Of a DNA stretch of 64,000 bases, positions 28,961-38,447 are shown piece after piece. A program made the position numbers and the translations under genes. Origin of the DNA: Candidatus Thorarchaeota archaeon (lineage in GTDB: Archaea > Asgardarchaeota > Thorarchaeia > Thorarchaeales > Thorarchaeaceae); NCBI GenBank assembly GCA_003345595.1, contig PRDI01000129.1:6675-70674 (forward strand). Direction: 5' to 3'. A model generated the notes under the pieces. The model did not search any database and was not told the origin of the DNA. It worked only from the letters and a program-made list of their open reading frames with translations. The number at the start of each line of letters is the position of its first letter. Positions within the stretch are counted from its first letter, which is position 1.

Positions 28961-29428
28961 GTGAAGACAGCTCTGATTGTATACGAAAACAAATATGGCA
29001 ACACGAAACGCTTGGCAGGTGCAATTGCTGAAGGCATTCGCCAGGCAGGAAACATCGAATGCAAGGTTGCGGCAGTTGGAGAGGTACAACCTGATGAGCT
29101 CCCCGAGTACGACACAGTTCTGTTTGGTTGTCCAAACCACATGCAGGGGCCTAGCCGCGGAATCATGAGTTTCATCGATCGCGCAGCTATTGTTGACCTG
29201 AGCGGCAAGACCGGAGCAGCTTTTGACACATACATGGGCGGCAACAAGGGAATAGCAGTGACTAAACTGGAGCAGAAGATACGGCAGAAACTTCCCGGCA
29301 TGCGGCTAGTTATCCCGGGCCTATCAGCAGAGGTCAGGAGCAGAACCGGGCCTTTGGTTGAAGAAGAGATCCCGAGGGCTAGTCAGTTTGGCAAGATCAT
29401 CGGCGAAGCACTGCTCAGACGAGCATAA
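28961..29428 (+). CDS. flavodoxin-family protein
   Basis: YENKYGNTKRLAGAIAEG, FGCPNH, AAFDTY. Confidence 0.88.
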   Translation: MKTALIVYENKYGNTKRLAGAIAEGIRQAGNIECKVAAVGEVQPDELPEYDTVLFGCPNHMQGPSRGIMSFIDRAAIVDLSGKTGAAFDTYMGGNKGIAVTKLEQKIRQKLPGMRLVIPGLSAEVRSRTGPLVEEEIPRASQFGKIIGEALLRRA

Positions 29429-29523
29429 CCGTTCGTGAAATCCTCCGTCATTATACTCATGCGGTTTGCACAGAGATAGCGTTCTGTTCGCAGGCACTGT
29501 GAGGCCCGTTTCGTCAGCGAAGT

Positions 29524-30708
29524 CTATATCTCGTAGCGGTCGGGTGCACGCGATAGTCGACTACAGCCTGCTTCTGTGACGGCAAAAGTGTCTTCAATGC
29601 CTAGTATCTTCTTACCCAAGAAGACGAGCTTTGGCTCGCATGCCACTACATTTCCTGGCTCGAGATCCGGCCCTCCTGAGTAGAACACAGGCAGATCATC
29701 TAGTTCCAGTCCGACACCGTGTCCGACAAATGACACCTTATCAGACCCATCCCCCATGAAGTGTTCTTCAATGCCGAGTTCTCTGCTCAGTGCAAGCACT
29801 CTGCCGTAAAGAGTCCCCAAGTTCATCCCTGGTTGAAGCCCTTTCTGGATGAGCAGGCGGATTTGATCCAGCGAGTCAAGCTGACTACGGGTTTCCGGGT
29901 CGAATCTGCCAAGCACGAAGGTTCGTGTAGTGTCGGATATGTAGCCTTGACAGTTGCCGCAGGTGTCCACCAAGAAGGGAGAGTCGCGTCCTATCTTCTG
30001 ATGAGATGGTCCGAATGGATATTTCAGAGACAGGCCTCCGCTTGAAACAGGAGTGAATTGGCTGTTCAGAGCTGACGCAGTGCTTGAAACAACGTAGGAG
30101 TATTGGGGCATGAGAAAGCCATAGGCCCGCGTTGTTATGAAACCCCCATGGCCATTCTCAAGCAACCAACAATCCAGTTGTGCCGCCAGCTCCACTTCGG
30201 TCATGTTCGGCTTTGCTATGCCCGTGCAGAAATCGAAAGAGCGATCTACGATGTTTGCGGCTTTCTCGATCAACTCAATCTCAGACTCGGACTTCACAGA
30301 GCGTTGATGCCGGAATATGAAACTGCCATCGACAAGCTGAGTCCGGCCTGCCTTGGACTGGAGAAACGACACAAGGGAAAATGGCAAAAGATCTGCTTCT
30401 ACGGCGATTCGTGTTTCTGATTTGATTCCTAGTGTTTCGAAGAGCTTTGACTGTTTCCCAAAGCTCTGAACTATCGGAATCGCTGAATGTAGGCGGGCGA
30501 GCGCGACGTTACGCTTTACGAGATGAACGGGCGCGCCGTCCACGGGAATGTATACCGCCCCTTCAAGTCCAATTCCTGAGTAGTAATAGAGTTCTGTTGC
30601 TGAAAGAAGCAGAGCGCCATCGATGCCTTGTTCATTCAACCTGCGACGCAGACTGCCTATTCTTGCTTCAATCTCTGATCGAGAGAAACTGCTGCTGCAA
30701 CTAGACAT
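29524..30708 (-). CDS. Xaa-Pro peptidase family (M24)
   Basis: Creatinase N-domain; DTCG...GYISDTTRT, GHGVGLELDD, CEPK, GIEDT. Confidence 0.9.
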   Translation of the reverse strand: MSSCSSSFSRSEIEARIGSLRRRLNEQGIDGALLLSATELYYYSGIGLEGAVYIPVDGAPVHLVKRNVALARLHSAIPIVQSFGKQSKLFETLGIKSETRIAVEADLLPFSLVSFLQSKAGRTQLVDGSFIFRHQRSVKSESEIELIEKAANIVDRSFDFCTGIAKPNMTEVELAAQLDCWLLENGHGGFITTRAYGFLMPQYSYVVSSTASALNSQFTPVSSGGLSLKYPFGPSHQKIGRDSPFLVDTCGNCQGYISDTTRTFVLGRFDPETRSQLDSLDQIRLLIQKGLQPGMNLGTLYGRVLALSRELGIEEHFMGDGSDKVSFVGHGVGLELDDLPVFYSGGPDLEPGNVVACEPKLVFLGKKILGIEDTFAVTEAGCSRLSRAPDRYEI

Positions 30709-30922
30709 GAATTAGTGACCAATTCTGATAATGAACGTGCATGTGAAAAACGTGACGAACTGAAACCAGCTCTGTCTGCTTCGCCTGCCCCCCCAGCACT
30801 TCTGAAACGAGGGAGTAGACGAGCCCGTCGTGTCGTCTGCGCCTTTGTTTGGAGAATGCACATTATCCTTATTAATCAGCACTAATATGATATAATATAT
30901 ACTACGGGAGGATAGTCTGAAC

Positions 30923-31330
30923 ATGGACTGCCTGCATTCGGCCTACAACTCTTCTATCATATCATGCGGCAGATCCAGCTGTATAATCCTCTACAGAGGG
31001 GAGGATTGCTTCTTTTGTGATGTTGCTAGCGAGATGCTGAACAGCATCATATCTCAGTATGGCGTGTCAAACGAAGTCATCCGTGAGATCGACATTGACT
31101 CATCAGAAGAGATTGACCCTGAAACTGCCATCGTAGCACTCCCCACCATAAGGATATGTGACTCCGTGATGTCGGGTCTTCCTGAAGAGGACCTCATAAG
31201 CGACGCCATCATCCGTGTGCTGATGAAAGACTGTTTCTCGGAGCATATTGTGAGTCACAATGTAGTATCTCAACCTCAAGCGCTAGAGAGTGTGCCTGGT
31301 TCTCTCGGCCAGCGGACAGAACAGGCCTAG
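30923..31330 (+). CDS. thioredoxin/glutaredoxin-like protein
   Basis: CFFC motif, EIDID, cis-Pro loop ALPTI, SGLP; AT-rich promoter 30862-30905 and GGAGG SD. Confidence 0.7.
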   Translation: MDCLHSAYNSSIISCGRSSCIILYRGEDCFFCDVASEMLNSIISQYGVSNEVIREIDIDSSEEIDPETAIVALPTIRICDSVMSGLPEEDLISDAIIRVLMKDCFSEHIVSHNVVSQPQALESVPGSLGQRTEQA

Positions 31331-31450
31331 TCAGCAACAAAGCCTTTGACAGCAGTAGCAGACTGCGAACTTCTGCGCAAGTGGCAGCAAGTCCAGGATG
31401 GTCGTGCGGCCCCGACTCTTGCGTCCTTTCACACATAGATTTCGGACGAG

Positions 31451-31906
31451 TTAGGAATCCATCTCTATTGTTTCCCAGCGGACTCTTCCCGCTTGAACGG
31501 CCTCCTTTATCTTCCGTTCAGTACGGTTGAGCTGAGCCTCCCCGGTCTTTATGTCTGCGATAACGACCTCGATTGAACCTTCTGACTTCCCGTCCTTGAT
31601 TGCTGTGTAGCCGTCAAAGATCACATAGTCGATTGGTGATCCTATGAAGCGGGCGTCCGAGAGCACATGCCTGAACTTCTCTTGGAGTAGAGGAACTATG
31701 TGTTCCCCAATTTTGCCCTTAATGACATAGCGGCTGCGCTCCGTCGCGTCCTTCCTTATGCCTGCCTCCTGCTCCGCCCATGTTCTTCTGAACTCTGCCT
31801 CCACCTTGGATATGCGGTATCTCAGCTTCATGTTGAGGACAAGATACACTGCAAACGCAATCAGAAGTCCTAGCGCAAGCCCGACAAGTGTGTCCTCCAG
31901 AGGCAT
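31451..31906 (-). CDS. membrane-anchored Holliday-junction-resolvase-like endonuclease (Endonuc_Holl)
   Basis: N-terminal TM; SRYVIKGKIGEHIVP, DARFIGSPIDYVIFDG, DIKTG. Confidence 0.88.
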   Translation of the reverse strand: MPLEDTLVGLALGLLIAFAVYLVLNMKLRYRISKVEAEFRRTWAEQEAGIRKDATERSRYVIKGKIGEHIVPLLQEKFRHVLSDARFIGSPIDYVIFDGYTAIKDGKSEGSIEVVIADIKTGEAQLNRTERKIKEAVQAGRVRWETIEMDS

Positions 31907-32080
31907 GTTGCCTGTTTCCCCTCCATCCAATATATACTCGGGTAATCGGTAGGGCATACAGCTGTGACCGATGGGTCTTGTGGTCATACGGCATCTGCCG
32001 ATGGAGTGTTCGGGGAAAGACTGATTAGTACCTAGAGAGCCCAAGCTCAGAAATTGCCCGAACCGGGGCTGAAACCGCCC

Positions 32081-32488
32081 ATGAGAATGCAGACTAAGAT
32101 TGCGGCATTCGGCGCACTCGTCTTGGTCGCTCTATCGACAGTGACCATCATGGCGCTATTCGACGACGTGGAAGGGCCGTTCATCTATGAGGTGGATATC
32201 TTACCTGTTACACCCAAGAGCGGCGACATGATAACCGTCAGCGCCTACTGCATTGACACCTCTGGAGTGTCCTCTGCGAGCATGTCATGGTCGGTTAACG
32301 AAACGGGGTGGGTCGAGCAGGACATGGTATTCTATGCGTGCCTGTGCCTAGCAGGAGGAAGATGGATTGCCAGCTTTGGTCCCGTCAACGCAGGTGACAT
32401 AGTGCACATGTATGTGACAGCGTTTGACAACACACCCGGTCACAACTCTGCAAACACCCAGACCTTTCAACTCCAGATAGCGACGTGA
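32081..32488 (+). CDS. secreted or membrane-anchored Ig-like protein with CxC motif
   Basis: N-terminal hydrophobic helix, beta-sandwich pattern, FYACLCLAGGRW. Confidence 0.7.
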   Translation: MRMQTKIAAFGALVLVALSTVTIMALFDDVEGPFIYEVDILPVTPKSGDMITVSAYCIDTSGVSSASMSWSVNETGWVEQDMVFYACLCLAGGRWIASFGPVNAGDIVHMYVTAFDNTPGHNSANTQTFQLQIAT

Positions 32489-32502
32489 AGTTGGTGACAA
32501 AC

Positions 32503-32697
32503 ATGAGAATCGAAGCAATCATCAACCTAGTGATACTTGTAGTCGGAGTGATTGTTGCTATTGCACCCTGGACCTTCGCACCAGTCTGTGTGAGCCAGAT
32601 GAGATGCTGGAATACTCGCGATGTGGAGACAGTCTTGGGTGCTTCTATTGCACTTCTTGCTCTTGTCAGCACGTACAGGCTTCTCGCTCACGGGTGA
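32503..32697 (+). CDS. small two-TM protein resembling the N-terminal half of DUF4418
   Basis: APWTFAPVC...MRCWNT between two TM helices. Confidence 0.6.
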   Translation: MRIEAIINLVILVVGVIVAIAPWTFAPVCVSQMRCWNTRDVETVLGASIALLALVSTYRLLAHG

Positions 32698-32725
32698 AGA
32701 GAAACGGTTTCTCGGGGGTCTGATA

Positions 32726-33196
32726 GTGAACCGGGAACAACGCAGGATGTTTGAAGTGGCCTTCGTCATTGTGGGATGCCTCGGTATCTACGCCTTCACA
32801 AGCACCCTCCAAGTTGTTCATTACTGCAGCTGGACCGGACTGCAGATCCGTGAACGCATTGGCCATGAGATCACATTCTACTTCGCAAACGGCACCCAGA
32901 AGTATTACTGCTGCGTGAGCGTATCGCTTTTGGCGTTTGATTATCTCATTAGCATCGGACAAGCCGATAACATCGTCAACATACGAGTTAGATGCCCGAT
33001 GTGCGGGATGTCAATGGATTGGGATGACCAGATGATTGTGTGGATTACTCAGCCTAGCTATCTATGCCCTACGACAGGCACGCCCACGATTGTCAGTGTG
33101 TGTCAGGACCTCCCGAATTCGGAGCTGTGCGAGAGCCACTTCTTACAGCTACACGGTGGCAACCTCACCACAAACCCCTACGTCTGGCCCCCATAG
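32726..33196 (+). CDS. NosL/MerB-fold-like Cys-rich membrane-anchored metal-binding protein
   Basis: TM anchor; HYCSWTG, NGTQKYYCCVS, CPMCGMSMDW, HFLQLHGG (compare the NosL C-terminal F..eHGG). Confidence 0.6.
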   Translation: MNREQRRMFEVAFVIVGCLGIYAFTSTLQVVHYCSWTGLQIRERIGHEITFYFANGTQKYYCCVSVSLLAFDYLISIGQADNIVNIRVRCPMCGMSMDWDDQMIVWITQPSYLCPTTGTPTIVSVCQDLPNSELCESHFLQLHGGNLTTNPYVWPP

Positions 33197-33207
33197 AGGT
33201 GGTATCC

Positions 33208-33615
33208 GTGCGGAAGCGAATAATACTCATTACTCTGGTAATATCAGTTTCATTCAACGTACTGGCGGCATTCGCCGTTAATGCATTTCCAAGAACTTCA
33301 CAAGCATGGCTGTTCCCGGATCTGGGGCCAGGAGTCTTGCAGGACTCATACTACAGCAGAGCGCCTGCACTTGAGAGCCTTTTTGGTGCAATCGGTGATG
33401 TGCCCGGGGGGTACTCACTCTATGCAGGAAGTCCGCTTCAAGGGGGTTTCAGCAACAATCTCAGTACTTGGATGGCGGGGTCGCTCCCTTGGAGCCTGTC
33501 CACGCTCAATCCACACGCAAGTGTGCCGCTCGCGGCCATCGTACTGGCTTTTGTTCCTCTCCTAGCAGCCTTCATCATCGGGAGGAGATCATACGGGTCT
33601 ACGAAGACACGCTAA
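33208..33615 (+). CDS. hypothetical protein with N- and C-terminal TM helices
   Basis: GTG start after a GAGGTGG SD; lies inside the operon. Confidence 0.65.
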   Translation: MRKRIILITLVISVSFNVLAAFAVNAFPRTSQAWLFPDLGPGVLQDSYYSRAPALESLFGAIGDVPGGYSLYAGSPLQGGFSNNLSTWMAGSLPWSLSTLNPHASVPLAAIVLAFVPLLAAFIIGRRSYGSTKTR

Positions 33616-33640
33616 TCTTGCTAGCTACTCTCTAGGCAAT

Positions 33641-34807
33641 GTGTTCAAGTATCGAACTAGGAGCGTCGCGATATTACTTGCTCTCACATTCTCAACAGCT
33701 CTGCTCTGTTCTGTCGAGTTCATCAGAGAAGGAGTCGTGTTGGATGTTGAGGCCTCACTTGGGGAGGGCCCGGACCTTATTGTTCAGAAGCTGATCGGAG
33801 GACGTCAAGTGCTCGTGCCACTGGACTGGGTCAACAATGTGTCTGAAACGTCAGGAATCAGACTGGTCACTCCTCGCGTTTGGGGATACTCTGATGCAGG
33901 CGACGGCAGACTGCTCACTATCATGGGTGTGAACGCAACAGAGTATGGCACCATATTCGGGGCAGTTGGTACTGACGTCTTGGCCGGCGGCAGATTCATC
34001 ATGGAGAACGACACAAGGAGAATGGTAGTGGGACAGGGTATCGTTGAGATGATGGCTGCGTCCGGTGCAGCAGTGACAATCAGTGTAGGCTCGGTGTTAT
34101 CACTCATAACATACAATGGCAGTCTGATTGAGTTTGTAATAGTCGGTGTCTTCAGTGCAGACTCGAAGATACAAAGCTACGACCTGATTATGACTGACAT
34201 CAGCAGTGCTCGCATGGTTCTAGGCGTTGACAATTCGTCATGCACGGACGTCGCTGTGTGGATCAACTACGGAAGTGACCTGAACGGTGTAGCATTCCAG
34301 CTCGACAGCTCGTTATCACAAGCACGTATTCTAACACGTGATGCGATGAAGAACACCATGCTGAGGACTTATGGAGGCCGCGCAGGTGTCGCTGCACTGC
34401 TTTGGGCCTGCGTGTTGGTCACAGTCCTGTTGCTTGTCTTCACTGCCTCATCTGCGGGCTCAGAAGAAGCTAGGAGAGAGGTTGGTCTCTTGAAGGCCCT
34501 CGGCTTCGACACAGTCGACATTCTGGAGATTAGGACGGTAGAAAGTGTGACCTTGGGAGCACTTGGTGCCAACTTCGGCATTTCGCTGGCGATAGTCTTT
34601 GACTTCATCTTGGGGGCACCGCTTCTGGCCGGATATCTCCTAGGGTGGAATCTTGTCCTTCTGAACGGGGGAATCCCCTTAGCTGTTTCTTCAGCCACCA
34701 TTCTCACGGTACTTGCAGCAGCCATTGTCCCCGTTATGGTTGCGACGGTCGTGCCTTCGTGGCGAAATGCCATCACCGAGCCAGACACGGTTCTGAGAGG
34801 TGTGTAG
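33641..34807 (+). CDS. ABC transporter permease, FtsX/MacB/LolE type
   Basis: PDLIVQKLIGGRQ, PRVWGY, RREVGLLKALGF, VPSWRNAITEP. Confidence 0.9.
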   Translation: MFKYRTRSVAILLALTFSTALLCSVEFIREGVVLDVEASLGEGPDLIVQKLIGGRQVLVPLDWVNNVSETSGIRLVTPRVWGYSDAGDGRLLTIMGVNATEYGTIFGAVGTDVLAGGRFIMENDTRRMVVGQGIVEMMAASGAAVTISVGSVLSLITYNGSLIEFVIVGVFSADSKIQSYDLIMTDISSARMVLGVDNSSCTDVAVWINYGSDLNGVAFQLDSSLSQARILTRDAMKNTMLRTYGGRAGVAALLWACVLVTVLLLVFTASSAGSEEARREVGLLKALGFDTVDILEIRTVESVTLGALGANFGISLAIVFDFILGAPLLAGYLLGWNLVLLNGGIPLAVSSATILTVLAAAIVPVMVATVVPSWRNAITEPDTVLRGV

Positions 34808-34808
34808 T

Positions 34809-35486
34809 ATGACGGTCACAGTCAGAACGGAAAACCTGTGGAAGACATACGGCGGAGGTGGACCACATCAAGTTGATGCCGTGAGAGATGTCACGATAGA
34901 GATTGAAAGAGGAGAGATCACAGCCATTGGAGGCCCTAGTGGTTCTGGGAAGACCACGCTCTTGAGTCTAGTTGGTCTACTCACAAGACCGACCAAAGGA
35001 AAGGTCCTGTACGGTGACCAAGACTTCTCAGGGCTCTCGGAAGTGTTTAGGACAAGAGCACGACGTCAACGGATTGGGTTCATCTTCCAAGCTCAATACC
35101 TTATCCCACAGCTCACTGCTGTGGAGAACGTTGCACTCCCAATGCTCTGCTTAGATGTTCCCCGTTCTGAGGCAGAGAAGCTGGCAGCTATCAGGCTGTC
35201 AAGCCTCGGTATGAATCATCGGCTAGACTTCAGAGTCGCCGAATTGAGCGGCGGCGAACAACAACGTGTTTCCATAGCAAGGTCGCTGATGAACGCACCA
35301 GAGATACTGATAGCAGATGAGCCCAATGCATCAATCGACGAAAAGTCTGCTGAGGAGCTGCATTTTGTCCTAAGGGAAATGGTTGAGAGAAACAAACTGA
35401 CCGTCCTATTGGCATCACACGATGCGCAGGTCTTGAATTGGGCAGATAGACGACTCAACATGCGCGATGGCAAGATTGTAGACTAA
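34809..35486 (+). CDS. ABC transporter ATP-binding protein (LolD/MacB type)
   Basis: GPSGSGKT, IGFIFQ, LSGGEQQRV, ADEP. Confidence 0.93.
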   Translation: MTVTVRTENLWKTYGGGGPHQVDAVRDVTIEIERGEITAIGGPSGSGKTTLLSLVGLLTRPTKGKVLYGDQDFSGLSEVFRTRARRQRIGFIFQAQYLIPQLTAVENVALPMLCLDVPRSEAEKLAAIRLSSLGMNHRLDFRVAELSGGEQQRVSIARSLMNAPEILIADEPNASIDEKSAEELHFVLREMVERNKLTVLLASHDAQVLNWADRRLNMRDGKIVD

Positions 35487-35524
35487 CACCATCGAGTCCC
35501 GCATAGCTCAGGCTACTGGCAGAT

Positions 35525-36505
35525 CTACAGAACGAGCAAGAGATGGGATACCAGAGATGCCATGCTGAAGAGAATCGCTACAGAGGACACCTTTCTCAAT
35601 ATGCTTGTCGACGGGCGGATATCATCCAAGGCGAGCTGCCTCGCCTTCCACGTCGCCTGCAAAGCAATACGCCAACCGACGGTGGCAATTCCTAGCCAAA
35701 AGAGCCCTGAGAAGAAGGCGGTGTCCGGGAACTCCTGAAAGAGGCAATAGGGACAATGATGGGTCGGAATGCCCAGTAGCAGAGGAGCATAACTGTCATG
35801 CAACATGATTACGTAGAAGATAGCAGCCAGACCACACGTGACCGCAGTCAGAATGTCCATCAGGTCACTGGCGCGAGGTACCCACTGTATCAGGACGAGT
35901 ATGATTGAAACAGCAACCGTCAATGCCGTTAGAGCAGCACCGAACCCCGATCCGAAGATGTATGAAGGTGAGAAGGGAGGATTCACGTCATAGATGCTGG
36001 AGCAGCACGGAACATACACTGGCTTGATAGAAGCGACGAACAGGATGTCCATCGCACTGTCTAGAATCACCAACGGCAGCAATACGAATAGGAAAGACCT
36101 AGCTAGCTGGCGCGCAAAGGGCAGCCGCGCCTGACTGCGGTTGGCGAACTCCATAACGAGCCACATGCCATAGGCGAAAGGAAGAAGCAGTTTCAGTACA
36201 ACGTCAATAACAGAATACGGCGCAGCTGCATTGACCACGCCATATGCACACATGGCGCCAGGGCAATAAGGAACAAGCGATTGCAGCATCCAGAAGAAGA
36301 GAGGCACATCGAACAGACGCGCGATCAAGACAACCATGCCAATCATGCCGAGGAGATAGTATCTCTGTTCGGAAGTGTGTCGTGATTCTTCGTCACCCTT
36401 GAACCCCTCAACAATCGCTGAGGAAACGTATCCACCATATAGGGCGAGACCAAGCGAAAGTAGTCCAATGACCAGTACAACAACCGTGGTCACAGTGACA
36501 ATCAT
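35525..36505 (-). CDS. polytopic membrane protein with extracytoplasmic Cys/His motifs
   Basis: About 7 TM; YCPGAMCAYGV, PCCSSIY, THHCPYCL. Confidence 0.8.
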   Translation of the reverse strand: MIVTVTTVVVLVIGLLSLGLALYGGYVSSAIVEGFKGDEESRHTSEQRYYLLGMIGMVVLIARLFDVPLFFWMLQSLVPYCPGAMCAYGVVNAAAPYSVIDVVLKLLLPFAYGMWLVMEFANRSQARLPFARQLARSFLFVLLPLVILDSAMDILFVASIKPVYVPCCSSIYDVNPPFSPSYIFGSGFGAALTALTVAVSIILVLIQWVPRASDLMDILTAVTCGLAAIFYVIMLHDSYAPLLLGIPTHHCPYCLFQEFPDTAFFSGLFWLGIATVGWRIALQATWKARQLALDDIRPSTSILRKVSSVAILFSMASLVSHLLLVL

Positions 36506-36662
36506 TTCGCAGCGCTCCAAGTTGCACTAGATTGTACTGTCCATCACTAAAGCGTTTGGTAGGACATTCGGCCTTCCAGGCATGCGCCCCGAACATGCAT
36601 TACATACAGCCAAATGAAGCAGTGATGATTGCAGTGACTGGAAGCCAGACAGACCCCTGCGC

Positions 36663-37058
36663 TCAAGACTCCAAGGGGCTCACTACCACTCTCAGACTAT
36701 CTCGCGACAGAATTCGTACTTGAGCACCTGGAAGAATCTGGCCATCGCCACAGCGTGCGTCCCATATCTCACCACCCACTCGAATCTTGCCTGACTTGGG
36801 GGTCACGGTCTCTGTTACCACGCCAGTCATACCCTTGAGATCATAGAGGCCATACGAGCCAGTGTCAACAAGCGAGGGGTAGACCAGATAATACTTCACT
36901 ATGACGAATATAGCAGTGCCAGGAATCGCTACAATCAGGGTGAGCAAGAGATACTCTGGAGCCCAGAAGTAGACTACCACTATTACGAAAAGCACAATGA
37001 AGATCTCGTCAATCGTAATTGCTACGAACTTGACCATAGGCGAGAAAGTACGTGTCAT
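36663..37058 (-). CDS. NfeD-like protein (TM + OB fold)
   Basis: GMTGVVTETVTP.SGKIRVGGEIWDA...GAQVRIL...LRVVV. Confidence 0.85.
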   Translation of the reverse strand: MTRTFSPMVKFVAITIDEIFIVLFVIVVVYFWAPEYLLLTLIVAIPGTAIFVIVKYYLVYPSLVDTGSYGLYDLKGMTGVVTETVTPKSGKIRVGGEIWDARCGDGQILPGAQVRILSRDSLRVVVSPLES

Positions 37059-37167
37059 CTAATGCTCATCCGTGCACCAATAGTGAACCTGCAGAGAAAT
37101 ACTTTCGCAATGGCTCGATAGCACGATTCAAAAGGAGCATGACTCGCGCGACTTATGTGACTCACAA

Positions 37168-38313
37168 TTGAAGACCGCGATGATACAGATCATGGCCGGC
37201 GCAGCCATGCTCTCCTCTTCCACATACGTCCCCATACTTGCCCGTGACACTCTGGGAGCGGATGATCTGTATATCTCTCTGATTGTTGCACTGTTTGCGA
37301 TCACTTCCTTTGTGGCGACTTATGTCTTCGGAAGGGCGGGCGACATCTATGGACGCAGGCTGATACTACGCGCTGGACTTCTCGCGGCCCTTGTGAGCTT
37401 CTCGCTCCTGATTGTCGTTGACACCCTTGAGGGGCTGCTCATTGTACGCTTGATCAATGGCTTTTGCATCGGCATATACCCAGGCGCGCTCACGGCCTAT
37501 GCCTACGAAACAAAGATGCCTATGGGCAAGTTCGCCGCATTTGGTGCGCTCGGCTGGGGCGGCGGTACCCTACTCTCGGGTTTCGCAGCCACGTTCGAGA
37601 TTCATCAAGCATTCCTTGTGTCCACCTTGTTCTTGGTGGGCGCGCTCGCAAGCGCCATCACTCTTCCGCCACTCCCAGGGCTTCACATGAGAATACCTCT
37701 GTTCCCGGTCGAAACCATAAAACAGAACATGCCGATTTTTCTGGCGATGCTGATTCGACAAGGCAGTGCCTCGGCAGTCTGGACCCTTTGGCCGCTGTTC
37801 CTAGCCGACTTAGGAGGGGACGACTTGGCAATAGGGGCCATTCAGGCACTCAACTCTGTGGTTCAGGTTCTATTCATGGCAGGCCTCACAGACCGTTTCA
37901 CGTATAGACCCCTAATCGTAGCTGGCCTTGTCGGCTCTGCTGTGACATTTGGGTGGCTTATGTTAGTAAGCAACATTATTGAAGTCCTGCCCACTCAGAT
38001 AGTCTTGGGCTTTGCTTGGTCGTGTTTCTACGTCGGCTCACTCAAGTATGTCACCGACAAGAATGTAGAGAAATCTACTGCCTCCGGTCTGCTCCAGTCC
38101 GTGATTGCCATATCTGGCATCATTGGCCCTGTTATTGCTGCAGTTCTCTACACCCTCTGGCCCGGCTACCACCCGATTCTCTTTACTGCCTTCGCGATGT
38201 CAATCGTTGCCCTTGTCGCGTTTAGAGCGTCCGACGCAAGAAACCAGAAACAAGAGCAATCTCCTGATGTGGTTGCAGTGCAGGACTTCCTGTCTCGACC
38301 TGTGGCCAAGTAG
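37168..38313 (+). CDS. MFS transporter
   Basis: GRAGDIYGRR motif A; about 12 TM. Confidence 0.9.
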   Translation: MKTAMIQIMAGAAMLSSSTYVPILARDTLGADDLYISLIVALFAITSFVATYVFGRAGDIYGRRLILRAGLLAALVSFSLLIVVDTLEGLLIVRLINGFCIGIYPGALTAYAYETKMPMGKFAAFGALGWGGGTLLSGFAATFEIHQAFLVSTLFLVGALASAITLPPLPGLHMRIPLFPVETIKQNMPIFLAMLIRQGSASAVWTLWPLFLADLGGDDLAIGAIQALNSVVQVLFMAGLTDRFTYRPLIVAGLVGSAVTFGWLMLVSNIIEVLPTQIVLGFAWSCFYVGSLKYVTDKNVEKSTASGLLQSVIAISGIIGPVIAAVLYTLWPGYHPILFTAFAMSIVALVAFRASDARNQKQEQSPDVVAVQDFLSRPVAK

Positions 38314-38417
38314 ACTATGGCATAGACTAGCCACAATTGCTACCTCGTAGGAGAGCCTGGAAGGGCAATGATCAAACATTGGTGTCGGGCCTAATTGTAG
38401 TCCCTCGGGGAAAGGGT

Positions 38418-38442
38418 ACGAGAGGGAGAAACTCCCTCCCGT
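38418..38442. terminator. stem-loop between convergent MFS genes
   Basis: ACGAGAGGGAG aaa CTCCCTCCCGT, just past the stop codon at 38448. Confidence 0.5.
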
Positions 38443-38447
38443 GTCAT

